Of a DNA stretch of 64,000 bases, positions 40,130 through 49,158 are shown piece by piece (the first letter of the stretch is position 1; every line of letters starts with the position of its first letter). The DNA lies in contig JANTFX010000006.1 in assembly GCA_024763215.1 (NCBI GenBank), positions 2,439 to 66,438 of the forward strand, given 5' to 3'. The notes under the pieces were generated by a model that saw nothing but the letters and a program-made list of their open reading frames with translations, searched no databases and was not told the DNA's origin. The DNA is from Candidatus Krumholzibacteriia bacterium. GTDB lineage: Bacteria; Krumholzibacteriota; Krumholzibacteriia; LZORAL124-64-63. A program made the translations under genes and the position numbers.

Positions 40130-42823
40130 ATGTCGCAATCCCGTTCCAGATCCGGCGACCAGGCAGGGCGTGGGCGCACGCCCATGCTGGTCCAGTACCT
40201 CGACCTGAAGGCCAAGCATCCCGGCGCTCTGCTCCTTTTCCGGATGGGTGATTTCTACGAGACCTTTTTCGAAGACGCCCGGATTTTGGCTGATACCACC
40301 GGGGTCACCCTGACCAGCAGGGACGCCCGGAGCGACAACCCCGTGCCCCTGGCCGGTGTGCCCTACCACGCGTTGGATACCTACCTGAAGAAGTTGCTGG
40401 ATGCCGGTCTGACCGTGGCCATCTGCGAGCAGGTGGAGGATCCGGCCACGGCCAAGGGGCTGGTCAAACGGGAAGTGGTGGAGATCATCAGCCCCGGAAC
40501 AGCTACCGGCACGCAACTCATCGATTCCCTGTCCGGCCGTTATTGCCTGGCCTGGAACCACCGCGGCCAGGAGATGGCCGGCTGGGCGCTCCTGGACGCC
40601 ACGACCGGGGATTTTCGCTGCGGCCAGGAGCCCGCCGCTCTGGCCGACCTGGTCCAGCGCCACCCGGTGCGGGAAATCATCGTCGGTGAGGATGTGCCCG
40701 AGGAACAGATCCGAAGCTGGTCGGTGAGCATGCCCGGCATCGTGTTCAACCGCATCAACCCCGCCTGGCTGCATCCCGAATTCGCCCGCCGCACCCTGCT
40801 CGATCATTTCCAGGTGGAAAACCTGGCGCCTTACGGGCTGGAGGGCAGGGGCAAGGAACTGGCCGTGGCCGCCGCGGGCGCCGTGCTGCGGTACCTTGCC
40901 TCCCTCATGCAGAAAAAACCGGTCCAGGTCCTGAACCTAGCCTATGCGCCCGGAGGCCAAGGGCTGGTCCTGGACGAGGAGACCCTGCGCAACCTGGAAG
41001 TCCTGCGGACCTTCCGGGGCGAAAAAGGACCGGGCACACTCGTCCATCATCTGGATGCCACCTGCACGCCCATGGGCCGCCGTCTCCTGGAGATGCGCCT
41101 GGCCTGCCCGGAGACCGACCTGGCCGTGCTGGAGACCTGGCATGGGGGGATCGCCACGCTGCTCGAGAACTTCGCGGCTTTCGAACCGGTGCGCGTGAGG
41201 ATCGACGGCCTCGGCGACCTGGAGCGCAAGGCCGCCCTGGCGGCCGCCGGCAAGATCGGTCCCGCGGGCATGCGTCAGATGGGCGCCGCCCTGGCCACCT
41301 TGATGGAGCTCAGGAACCTGGCCGGCAACGAGGAGGAAATGCCCGCCGTGGCTGCGACGCATCCGCTGCGTGCTTGGCTCCGTCAGTTGCCGGATCTGCA
41401 GGACCTGGCTGATCGGATCCTCAAGACCGTCGCCGAGGACGCGCCGGCCGGGACCAGGAAATCAGGGTTCATCAAGCCGGGAGTCGATCCCGAGCTGGAC
41501 CGGGCCCGCGAGGTGGCTGCCGACAGCAAGGGTATCCTGGCGCGGATGCAGGAAACCCAGAGGCATGAGACGGGCATCCCCACGCTGAAGGTGGGCTTCA
41601 ACAAGGTATTCGGGTACTTCTTCGAGGTCACCAACAAGCACCTGGACCGCGTGCCCGAGCACTACCAGCAGAAGCAGACCCTGGTGGGATCCTGCCGTTA
41701 TCACACCCCCGAGCTCAAGGAGGTCGAGAACGCCATCTTGTCCGCCGAGGACACCATCAGTGTGCGCGAGGGTGAAATTTTCCGCGTGCTGGTGGAGGCG
41801 ACCGGGAGGCGGCAGGCGGCCATCAAGCAGGCCGCCCTGCTGGTGGCGCAGGTGGATCTGATGCTCGGGTTCGCGGCCGTGGCGCGGCGGCACCGGTACT
41901 GCCGGCCCCTGCTGGACGATTCCCTGGAGATGGTGATCCAGGAGGGCAGGCATCCGGTCATCGAGCAGATCCTCGAGCAGGACTTCATCCCCAACGACAC
42001 CCTGCTGGACGGCGACCGGAACCAGATCCTGTTGCTCACGGGCCCCAATATGGGCGGCAAGTCCACCTACCTGCGCCAGGTGGCCCTGATCGCGCTGATG
42101 GCCCAGGCCGGTTCCTTCGTCCCCGCGGCCTCGGCCCGCATCGGCCTGGTGGACAGGATCTTCACCCGGGTCGGAGCCAGCGACAACCTGGCCCGGGGCG
42201 AGTCGACCTTCTACATGGAGATGAGCGAGACCGCCCGCATCCTGCAGAACATGACCCGGCGCAGCCTGGTGATCCTGGACGAGGTCGGCCGGGGCACCTC
42301 GACCTACGACGGGTTGTCCCTGGCCTGGGCCATCACCGAGTTCCTGGGTCATCAACGGGGTCCGCGTCCGCGTTCCATCTTCGCCACGCATTACCACGAG
42401 TTGACCGACCTCGAGCAGGATCTGCCCGGCCTGGTCAACCTGCGGCTGGAGATCAAGGAGTGGCAGGGCCGCATCATCTTCATGCACAAGGTGGGCCCCG
42501 GCCGCAGCGACAAGAGCTACGGCATCCACGTGGCCCGGCTGGCCGGCCTGCCGGAATCCGTCCTGAAACGCGCTCAGGAAATCCTGACCTCCCTGACGGT
42601 GGCCGACGCCCGCGACCATCTTTCCCGCCGACCGGACCCTGGCCCCGACCAGGCCCCTGCCACAGCCGCCGTTGCCCAGAGCCAGTTGACCCTGTTCCAG
42701 GAGGGGGAGAGGGACGCCCTGGAGGCCCTGCGGGGCATGGATCTGGAAAAGCTCAGCCCCCTGGAGGCGTTCATGATGCTGGTCCGGATCAAGGAGCAAC
42801 TGGACGGCGGCGGCCGGAAATAG
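40130..42823 (+). CDS. mutS: DNA mismatch repair protein MutS
   Basis: 897 aa. Mismatch-binding N-terminus (MLVQYLDLKAKHPGALLLFRMGDFYETFFEDA), Walker A GPNMGGKSTYLRQ, C-terminal HTH. Confidence 0.95.
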   Translation: MSQSRSRSGDQAGRGRTPMLVQYLDLKAKHPGALLLFRMGDFYETFFEDARILADTTGVTLTSRDARSDNPVPLAGVPYHALDTYLKKLLDAGLTVAICEQVEDPATAKGLVKREVVEIISPGTATGTQLIDSLSGRYCLAWNHRGQEMAGWALLDATTGDFRCGQEPAALADLVQRHPVREIIVGEDVPEEQIRSWSVSMPGIVFNRINPAWLHPEFARRTLLDHFQVENLAPYGLEGRGKELAVAAAGAVLRYLASLMQKKPVQVLNLAYAPGGQGLVLDEETLRNLEVLRTFRGEKGPGTLVHHLDATCTPMGRRLLEMRLACPETDLAVLETWHGGIATLLENFAAFEPVRVRIDGLGDLERKAALAAAGKIGPAGMRQMGAALATLMELRNLAGNEEEMPAVAATHPLRAWLRQLPDLQDLADRILKTVAEDAPAGTRKSGFIKPGVDPELDRAREVAADSKGILARMQETQRHETGIPTLKVGFNKVFGYFFEVTNKHLDRVPEHYQQKQTLVGSCRYHTPELKEVENAILSAEDTISVREGEIFRVLVEATGRRQAAIKQAALLVAQVDLMLGFAAVARRHRYCRPLLDDSLEMVIQEGRHPVIEQILEQDFIPNDTLLDGDRNQILLLTGPNMGGKSTYLRQVALIALMAQAGSFVPAASARIGLVDRIFTRVGASDNLARGESTFYMEMSETARILQNMTRRSLVILDEVGRGTSTYDGLSLAWAITEFLGHQRGPRPRSIFATHYHELTDLEQDLPGLVNLRLEIKEWQGRIIFMHKVGPGRSDKSYGIHVARLAGLPESVLKRAQEILTSLTVADARDHLSRRPDPGPDQAPATAAVAQSQLTLFQEGERDALEALRGMDLEKLSPLEAFMMLVRIKEQLDGGGRK

Positions 42824-42938
42824 GCGAGAGGCCATTTTCAGGTCAATCGCCCCCGGTAAACGCCGATATTGAGAAGGCAAGAGTTCAACCGCCGGCCTGG
42901 ACGGGGGCGTTCCCCGCTGCCCGGGAAAGGATTCCTAC

Positions 42939-45152
42939 TTGGCCGATATCATCAAATGGCCCGTGATTCTGGCTTGTCCCGGCGAGGACGAGTTGCCGCT
43001 GCTGGCAGCTTTGACCAGCCGGCCCGATGCCCAGGTGGTGGCCGTGGCGGATCCCGACCCGGATAGCCTGGGGGCGGGGCTGGCCGAGGTCATGGGATTG
43101 CCGGTTATCAAGGATCTGGCCGAGGCTGCCCCCGGGGCGGCGCGTTACCTGGTGTATCCCGAATTGAACGCGGCCACGGCCGGCTTCGTCGATCTGGCTG
43201 CCGCCTGCGGTCTCGAGGCCATCAGGACGCGGGAATTCATCCTGGCCCTGGAAGGACCCGGTCCCGAAATTCTCTCGCCAACCACGGAGGCCCCCACACC
43301 ACAATTCGACCAGGAGGCGCTGGAAAAGGAAGCGGCCACCATCCACCGGACCCTCAGCCGTATCGAGGAGGCCCTGGATCGCGAGAACCTGCTGCGCTGG
43401 CTGCTGACCCTGGCCATCAGGGCAACCGGCGCCGAAAGCGGTTCGATCATGCTGCTGGATGTGGCAGCCCAGGAATTGTACGTGGCCTTCGCCGAAGGCC
43501 TGAGCGAGCAGACCATGCTCAAGACCCGGGTCCGCCTGGGCGAAGGCATCGCCGGGAAGGTGGCGCTGACCCGCAAGGCGGAGCTCATCAGCACCGACTG
43601 CCACCCGGGGGTCCGGCGTGATCGGCCTGATCTGGCCGCGGCCGTCTGCGCACCCCTGGTCTGGGACGGCAAGTTGCTCGGGGTCCTCAACCTCTCGACC
43701 ACCGGAGGCACAGGGCCCTTGAACGAGGACGCCCTGGCGGTGGCCAACAGCCTGAGCCACCGCTTCGGCCTCATCCTGGACCGCTTCCTGCGTATCCAGC
43801 GCGTGCATGACGGAGAACTTTTCCGCATCATGGAGGAGGGGCTGCTCAAGGAGAAGCGGGATCCCGAGGCCTTGGCCGCGACCCTCAGCCTGTGGGCGCG
43901 GGACCTGGCCGAGGTCGCCGGAGCGGAGCGGGCCAGCCTGGCGGTCTTGACCGCCGATGGTGATCTTTTCGTATGCGGCCCCGGCGGTTCGCATTACGAA
44001 TCCCCGCCGGATCCGGTCAAGGTCGAGGCCATAACAACCGGCAAGCCAGTGGTGCTGCGGCCGGGGGATCTGGCCGCCACCGACCCCGTGGACACCCTGC
44101 GGGAGCGCACGGTGTTCCATTTGCCGGTGGGGGGCGACCCCGCCCGGGCGCTGTTCACCGTCGAATTCACCAGCGCCGCCAACGCACACAGATTCCGCGC
44201 CATCAGCGGGGACATCCTGATCCTGGTGGGCAGGCATCTGGAGGATTACCTGGAGCAAACCGGCAACGCCGACCAGATCGACCGCTTGACCACCCTGGCG
44301 GCGGCCCTGTCGGACCTGGTGCTGGACCATGAGGATGGGCTTTCGGAACAGAAGGTGCTGGCGGCAGCCCAGCGTTTGACCGGTGCCCGCGGTGCCAGGC
44401 TCATCGAGGGCCCAGCCGGCCTCACTTCGGGCCAGGCTCCTGAACCGGCAGAAGAGATCCTTCAGGCGGGGATCGGCTTGCTGGAACAGGCCGGTCGCCG
44501 GGGATGGGAAAGCACCATCCTGGAGCGGGGGCTGACCTCGGGTACCGGGCCCAGAGCCGTTCTGGCGGTTCCCCTGGGGGCGGGCTCCGCCTTCCCCGGC
44601 ATGCTGCTGTGGGACAAGGATCGGCTACACCCCCTGGACGCGGCCGGGTTCACTGAGATGGACGTCCTATTCGTCCAGCGCCTGCTTCCGGTTCTGCGGC
44701 TGACGCGCGGCAAGCATCCGTCGGGGGCCGGGGCGAAACCTGCCGCGGTCCTGACCGCCCCGGCTCCGCTGTCTCCTCCAGGGGATCTGCATGCGGTCCT
44801 CAAGCGGGAGATGGACCGTTGTGATCGCTACCATACCTGCCTGGGCCTGACGGCCTACCGGGCCGCTCCGGCCGGGGGCCAGGAGGAGCAACCGCTGGCC
44901 TCGGTAGCTGCCGACCTGGTCGCCCACCTGCGCTCCTCGGACCAGGTTTTCGCCCTGGGTCAAGACACCGTCCTGGTCATGGTGCCCGAAGACGTCCAGT
45001 CCCTGCCCCGGCTGCAGAAACGAATCATCAAGGTGCTGCGCAACCTCGCCGGAAAGCCTGAGCTGGAAATCGCCAGTTCCGCTAGGGTCTACCCCGGCAC
45101 CGCCAACAGCCCCGGGGCCCTCGTGGATTCCCTCTTGTCGGCCCTGCCGTGA
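42939..45152 (+). CDS. Multi-GAF-domain signalling protein with degenerate GGDEF-like C-terminal domain
   Basis: 737 aa. GAF-like segment (LLTLAIRATGAESGSIMLLD...LGEGIAGKVALTRKAELI) repeated. The C-terminal ~170 aa resembles a GGDEF fold with GQDTV in place of GGDEF (DRYHTCLGLTAYRA ... DQVFALGQDTVLVMVPE). No transmembrane segments. Confidence 0.55.
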   Translation: MADIIKWPVILACPGEDELPLLAALTSRPDAQVVAVADPDPDSLGAGLAEVMGLPVIKDLAEAAPGAARYLVYPELNAATAGFVDLAAACGLEAIRTREFILALEGPGPEILSPTTEAPTPQFDQEALEKEAATIHRTLSRIEEALDRENLLRWLLTLAIRATGAESGSIMLLDVAAQELYVAFAEGLSEQTMLKTRVRLGEGIAGKVALTRKAELISTDCHPGVRRDRPDLAAAVCAPLVWDGKLLGVLNLSTTGGTGPLNEDALAVANSLSHRFGLILDRFLRIQRVHDGELFRIMEEGLLKEKRDPEALAATLSLWARDLAEVAGAERASLAVLTADGDLFVCGPGGSHYESPPDPVKVEAITTGKPVVLRPGDLAATDPVDTLRERTVFHLPVGGDPARALFTVEFTSAANAHRFRAISGDILILVGRHLEDYLEQTGNADQIDRLTTLAAALSDLVLDHEDGLSEQKVLAAAQRLTGARGARLIEGPAGLTSGQAPEPAEEILQAGIGLLEQAGRRGWESTILERGLTSGTGPRAVLAVPLGAGSAFPGMLLWDKDRLHPLDAAGFTEMDVLFVQRLLPVLRLTRGKHPSGAGAKPAAVLTAPAPLSPPGDLHAVLKREMDRCDRYHTCLGLTAYRAAPAGGQEEQPLASVAADLVAHLRSSDQVFALGQDTVLVMVPEDVQSLPRLQKRIIKVLRNLAGKPELEIASSARVYPGTANSPGALVDSLLSALP

Positions 45153-45171
45153 TGATTCCCGCCACCTGCAG

Positions 45172-45200
45172 TTGACGTCGCACCGTCCCCTGGGATAACT
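45172..45200 (+). promoter_or_regulatory. Putative sigma70-type promoter for mutL
   Basis: TTGACG, a 16-17 bp spacer, then GATAACT in the 140-bp gap between the GAF gene and mutL. Confidence 0.3.
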
Positions 45201-45291
45201 TGCCTGCCTGGGGCGACGCCGCATCCGGCATGATCACGCCTACCCACGGACCGGCAGGAATTATCCAGCTGAAGCCAGCTTGCGAGGAGAT

Positions 45292-47133
45292 ATGGAGCAA
45301 ATCATTCCCGAACCCCCACGTATCCAGCTCCTGGACGGTGCCACCATAGATCGCATCGCCGCCGGTGAGGTGATCGAGCGTCCCGCCTCGGTCGTCAAGG
45401 AGTTGGTGGAGAACGCCCTGGACGCCGGAGCGACCAGCATCACCATCAAGATGGAAGACGGAGGCCTCACGTCCCTGGTGATCGAGGATGACGGGTCCGG
45501 CATCCCCTTCCGGGATCTGCCCCTGGCCTTCGAGCGCCATGCCACCAGCAAGATCACCGCCGCGGCCGACATCATGCACGTGGGCAGCTTCGGTTTCCGC
45601 GGCGAGGCCCTGGCCAGCATCGCCGCCGTCAGCAGGATCCGCTGCGTTTCCCGCTTCATGGGCGAGGACATGGGGGGGATGATCGAGATCGAGGGCGGGG
45701 AGCTCGTGCGCCGTGAACCGGCCCCCCGCAACGCCGGCACGACCATCACCGTGGACGATCTGTTCTACAACACACCCGCCCGGCGCAAATTCATGCGCAC
45801 CGCCCAGGCCGAGCGCCGGGCCATCCTCAAGCTCGTCACCAAGTTCGCCCTGGCCCACCGTGAGGTGCGCTGGCTGGTGCGGCATGACAAGGACGTGCTG
45901 CTGGATCTTCTGCCGGCGCCCTCCCTCACCGATCGCACCCGGGATCTGCTGGGGCCTGCGGTCATCGATCATCTGGCCCGGTTCAGGTTCGAGAAGGGCG
46001 GGTTCAGCATCGGGGGGCTGGCCTCGCGGCCGACCTTCACCCGGGGCAATCGGGAGCATCAGTTCCTGTTCATCAACCGCCGCCCCGTGCAGAACCCGGC
46101 CCTTTCCCAGGCCATTTTCCAGGCCTACCGGGAAGTGATCCCGGCCGGGCGCCATCCTGTCGTCATCGCTTTCCTGGAAATTCCCGCCGGCGAGGTCGAT
46201 GTCAACGTCCACCCCGCCAAGACCGAGGTGCGCCTGCTGCTGGAACGGGAAATTTTCGGCATGCTCAAGAAATCCCTGCAGGAGGGTCTCAGCCTCAGGC
46301 AAGCCGACGAGCTCAGACCGTGGGTCGCGGGGCAGGACGCGCCTGCGGGCACGGGGGCCCCGCTGGCCGGCATCGCCACGGCCCAGGATGACTACCTCAG
46401 GGAGCATTTCCAGCGCGGGGGTTCCGCGGGCTACGAGTACCGCGGTGTGCCGCAGGGGCAGGGGGAGCTGTTCGGCAGCCGGGCCCTGAGGGACGACCCC
46501 GCCCAGCAGACGGGATCCGGCGTGGTCTCGGAGCCGTCCGGGACCGGGGCCGATGCCCTGCACCCGGCGCCCTTCTGGCAGTTGCATCGCACCTACATCG
46601 TCACCCAGATCAGGGGGGGGCTGGTGCTGATCGACCAGCACAACAGCCACGAAAGGATCCTCTACAACGAAGCCCAGAAAGCCCTGGCCGCAGGGGGGCG
46701 CAGGGTCCCGACCCAGCAACTGCTTTTCCCTGCCCATCTGGATCTGACCCCGGGCCAGGTCCAGGCCTGGCAAGGCCACGCCTCCGAACTGGGGGCCATG
46801 GGCTTTACCATCGAGCCGTTCGGCGGGCAGAGCATCCTCGTCCAGGGGTTGCCCGCCAGCGTCAAGAACTGGCACGAGGGGCAGCTCCTGCTGGACATCC
46901 TGGATGACCTCTCATGGGATGAACACCCCAGTCAGGAACATCAGGTCGATCTTCTGGCCAGCTACGCCTGCCATGGCGCCGTCCGCGCCGGTGAACCCCT
47001 GACCGTCCCCGAGATGCAGAACCTCGTCGATCAGCTGTTCGCCACCGACACGCCGCTTTCCTGCCCCCATGGCCGGCCCACCCTCATCCAGTTCTCCCTG
47101 GCGGAGTTGGAGAAGCGGTTTGGGCGCACCTGA
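45292..47133 (+). CDS. mutL: DNA mismatch repair protein MutL
   Basis: GHKL ATPase N-terminus (IAAGEVIERPASVVKELVENALDAGAT) and MutL C-terminal dimerisation domain. RBS GAGGAG before the ATG at 45292. Confidence 0.95.
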   Translation: MEQIIPEPPRIQLLDGATIDRIAAGEVIERPASVVKELVENALDAGATSITIKMEDGGLTSLVIEDDGSGIPFRDLPLAFERHATSKITAAADIMHVGSFGFRGEALASIAAVSRIRCVSRFMGEDMGGMIEIEGGELVRREPAPRNAGTTITVDDLFYNTPARRKFMRTAQAERRAILKLVTKFALAHREVRWLVRHDKDVLLDLLPAPSLTDRTRDLLGPAVIDHLARFRFEKGGFSIGGLASRPTFTRGNREHQFLFINRRPVQNPALSQAIFQAYREVIPAGRHPVVIAFLEIPAGEVDVNVHPAKTEVRLLLEREIFGMLKKSLQEGLSLRQADELRPWVAGQDAPAGTGAPLAGIATAQDDYLREHFQRGGSAGYEYRGVPQGQGELFGSRALRDDPAQQTGSGVVSEPSGTGADALHPAPFWQLHRTYIVTQIRGGLVLIDQHNSHERILYNEAQKALAAGGRRVPTQQLLFPAHLDLTPGQVQAWQGHASELGAMGFTIEPFGGQSILVQGLPASVKNWHEGQLLLDILDDLSWDEHPSQEHQVDLLASYACHGAVRAGEPLTVPEMQNLVDQLFATDTPLSCPHGRPTLIQFSLAELEKRFGRT

Positions 47134-48067
47134 GCCACCCGCACCCGGTCGAGGCGGCAGCATCGTCTGCCTCGTGGGACCGACGGGAGTCGGCAAGACG
47201 GGTCTTGTCGCGGCCCTGGCCCGGAAACTGCCCCTGGAGGTCATCAGCCTCGACAGCCGGCAGATCTACAAGGGCCTGCGCATTGGCACTGCCCAACCCA
47301 CGGCACAGGAGAGGGCCCTGTGCCCGCACCACCTGGTGGATTTCGTCCCTGTCGATCAACAGTACGACGCTGCCTGTTACCGCCGCGACTTCGCCCGGGT
47401 CCATGGCGAGATCCTGGCCCGTGGCCACATCCCGGTCCTTGTCGGTGGTGCCGGATTCTACCTCAAGGCCCTGACCGACGGCTTCATGCCCTTGCCACCG
47501 GCTGAGGGGAAGAAGCTGGCCGACATCCGCGGGCTGGTCAACACCATGCCAGCCGAGGTGGTTCGAAGCCGCCTGGCCGAGGTGGACCCGGTCTCCCGGG
47601 CGCGGATCCATCCCCATGATCTTTATCGTCAGAGGAGGGCTCTGGAAATCCATCTCCTGACCGGCCGCAGCATGAGCGACCACATGGCCGCCTGGCGGCC
47701 CGAACCCTGTGCGGGGCTGGCCTACTCCTGCGTGCTCCTGCAGCGGCCGGTCGCCGAACTGGACCACCGGATCCGGCGCCGCCTGCATGGTATGCTGGCC
47801 GGCGGCTGGGTCGAGGAAACGGCCCGGGCCTTGCGGCGATTCGGCCCCGAGGCGCCCGGGCTGCAGAGCATCGGCTATCCGGAAATCATCCGTTTCCTGG
47901 ATGGTGGCACCGGACAGGAAGAGATGGAGGAGGCGATCTACCGCCAGACCCGTCAATATGCCAAGAGGCAGCGCACCTGGTTCAGGAAGCTTCAAATGGT
48001 TCTGGTCGGGCATCCTGATGAGCCGGGTTTCCAGTTGGAAGTGGCGTCTTTGGTCGGGCGTGGTTGA
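47069..48067 (+). CDS. miaA: tRNA dimethylallyltransferase
   Basis: P-loop (VGPTGVGKTGLVAALA) and MiaA core. Overlaps the mutL 3' end; the true start may be the TTG at 47120. mutL-miaA synteny is conserved. Confidence 0.85.
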   Translation: MAGPPSSSSPWRSWRSGLGAPEPPAPGRGGSIVCLVGPTGVGKTGLVAALARKLPLEVISLDSRQIYKGLRIGTAQPTAQERALCPHHLVDFVPVDQQYDAACYRRDFARVHGEILARGHIPVLVGGAGFYLKALTDGFMPLPPAEGKKLADIRGLVNTMPAEVVRSRLAEVDPVSRARIHPHDLYRQRRALEIHLLTGRSMSDHMAAWRPEPCAGLAYSCVLLQRPVAELDHRIRRRLHGMLAGGWVEETARALRRFGPEAPGLQSIGYPEIIRFLDGGTGQEEMEEAIYRQTRQYAKRQRTWFRKLQMVLVGHPDEPGFQLEVASLVGRG

Positions 48068-48333
48068 ATCCACCGTGCACTTATGGCATGCAAAAAGATT
48101 TCAAGAACGCAAAATCATGAAAGTTGTTTAAGAATTTTTCCTGCTTTTTAGCCATGTAAAAAATACGTGAGTGGGAAAATTTGTGTTTCACAAAGGTAGC
48201 TGGTGTGTTAAGATTTTTCTTGTTAAGGGCAATCCGCCAAGGTCGTTTTGTATTGCGTCAAGCTCGACCTCACCAACGGTTTGCATCAAACACTGACCGA
48301 GCTGCAGCTCGCCCCCGCAAGGAGAAACACACC
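48068..48333 (+). promoter_or_regulatory. AT-rich intergenic island (promoter/leader region) upstream of the secreted-protein gene
   Basis: 266 bp, markedly AT-rich in a ~70% GC genome (runs such as AAAAAGATTT, TTTAAGAATTTTTCC, GTAAAAAATACG, GGGAAAATTTGTGTTTCAC). Ends in RBS AAGGAGA before the ATG at 48334. Confidence 0.5.
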
Positions 48334-48933
48334 ATGAAGAGGACTCTACTGCTCCTGACGGCTATCATGATGGTTGCCACCCTGGCCTCGGCCAACCTGG
48401 ATCCCTCCGCGAATGATCAGATCGGCATGTACTTCGACACCAACGCCGACGTGGTCTGCACCACCGCCAACTTCATCGACCACGTGCCCGCGTACTTCAT
48501 CCTGACCAATCCGACGATGACCTCCACCCGCGGCTTCGAGCTGGGCCTGGACGTCATCGGTCGGACCAACACCTCCGTGACCGTCACCTACCCCGTCAAC
48601 GCCACCGACGTGGGCGCTGCCGGGACCGGCGGGCACACCTACAACTACATCGTGGGTTACGCCAATCCCATGCTGACCCAGCCTGCCACCGTGCTGGCCA
48701 CCCTGGACATCTTCTACCTGGACCAGAATCCCCTGGATTTCATCATCACCCCGGCTGCCCCTTCCTCGGATCCTGCTGGCCTGGTCCCCATGCTCATGCT
48801 GGAGGACTTCAGCCTGGTTCCGGCCAACACCTCCAACGAGCCCGGCCTGCCCGCCGCTCAGATCAATGGCGCCTGCATCGTCGTTGACAACGAGGACGCC
48901 AGCTTCGGCGCCGTCAAGGCCCTGTTCCGGTAG
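48334..48933 (+). CDS. Secreted protein of unknown function (Thr/Asn-rich, predicted beta-rich)
   Basis: 199 aa. Classical signal peptide MKRTLLLLTAIMMVATLASA. Strong RBS. No recognisable catalytic or family motifs. Followed by a strong terminator. Confidence 0.7.
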   Translation: MKRTLLLLTAIMMVATLASANLDPSANDQIGMYFDTNADVVCTTANFIDHVPAYFILTNPTMTSTRGFELGLDVIGRTNTSVTVTYPVNATDVGAAGTGGHTYNYIVGYANPMLTQPATVLATLDIFYLDQNPLDFIITPAAPSSDPAGLVPMLMLEDFSLVPANTSNEPGLPAAQINGACIVVDNEDASFGAVKALFR

Positions 48934-48965
48934 GTTCGAAACCAGAACCTGTGCGGTAAAGAAAC

Positions 48966-48993
48966 GGCCCCGCTGCGGCGGGGCCGTTTTCTT
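48966..48993. terminator. Rho-independent (bidirectional) terminator
   Basis: Perfect 8-bp GC stem GGCCCCGC-tgcg-GCGGGGCC followed by GTTTTCTT on + and by GTTTCTTTACC on the - strand. Sits between the convergent secreted-protein gene and tRNA-Gly. Confidence 0.75.
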
Positions 48994-49001
48994 GAATCGT
49001 T

Positions 49002-49077
49002 TGGAGCGGGCTACGAGGCTCGAACTCGCGACCCTCAGCTTGGGAAGCTGATGCTCTACCAACTGAGCTAAGCCCGC
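49002..49077 (-). tRNA. tRNA-Gly (anticodon CCC)
   Basis: The reverse complement folds as a cloverleaf: acceptor GCGGGCT/AGCCCGC, D-stem GCTC/GAGC, anticodon stem TCAGC/GCTGA with loop TTCCCAA, T-stem GCGAG/CTCGT with loop TTCGAGC, encoded CCA. Confidence 0.9.
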
Positions 49078-49158
49078 TCCGTGGACGGAAAACTAAATGC
49101 CGCCCCCTTTCCTGTCAACCGCCTTGCCAAGATGCGCCCCTCATGGTTCCTTGTGGGC

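Noticed and set aside
48150-48200. Possible sigma-54 promoter (TGGGAAAATTTGTG) in the AT-rich island upstream of the secreted-protein gene.
   Set aside because: The spacing gives TG rather than the required GC at -12. It does not fit the TGGCAC-N5-TTGC consensus.
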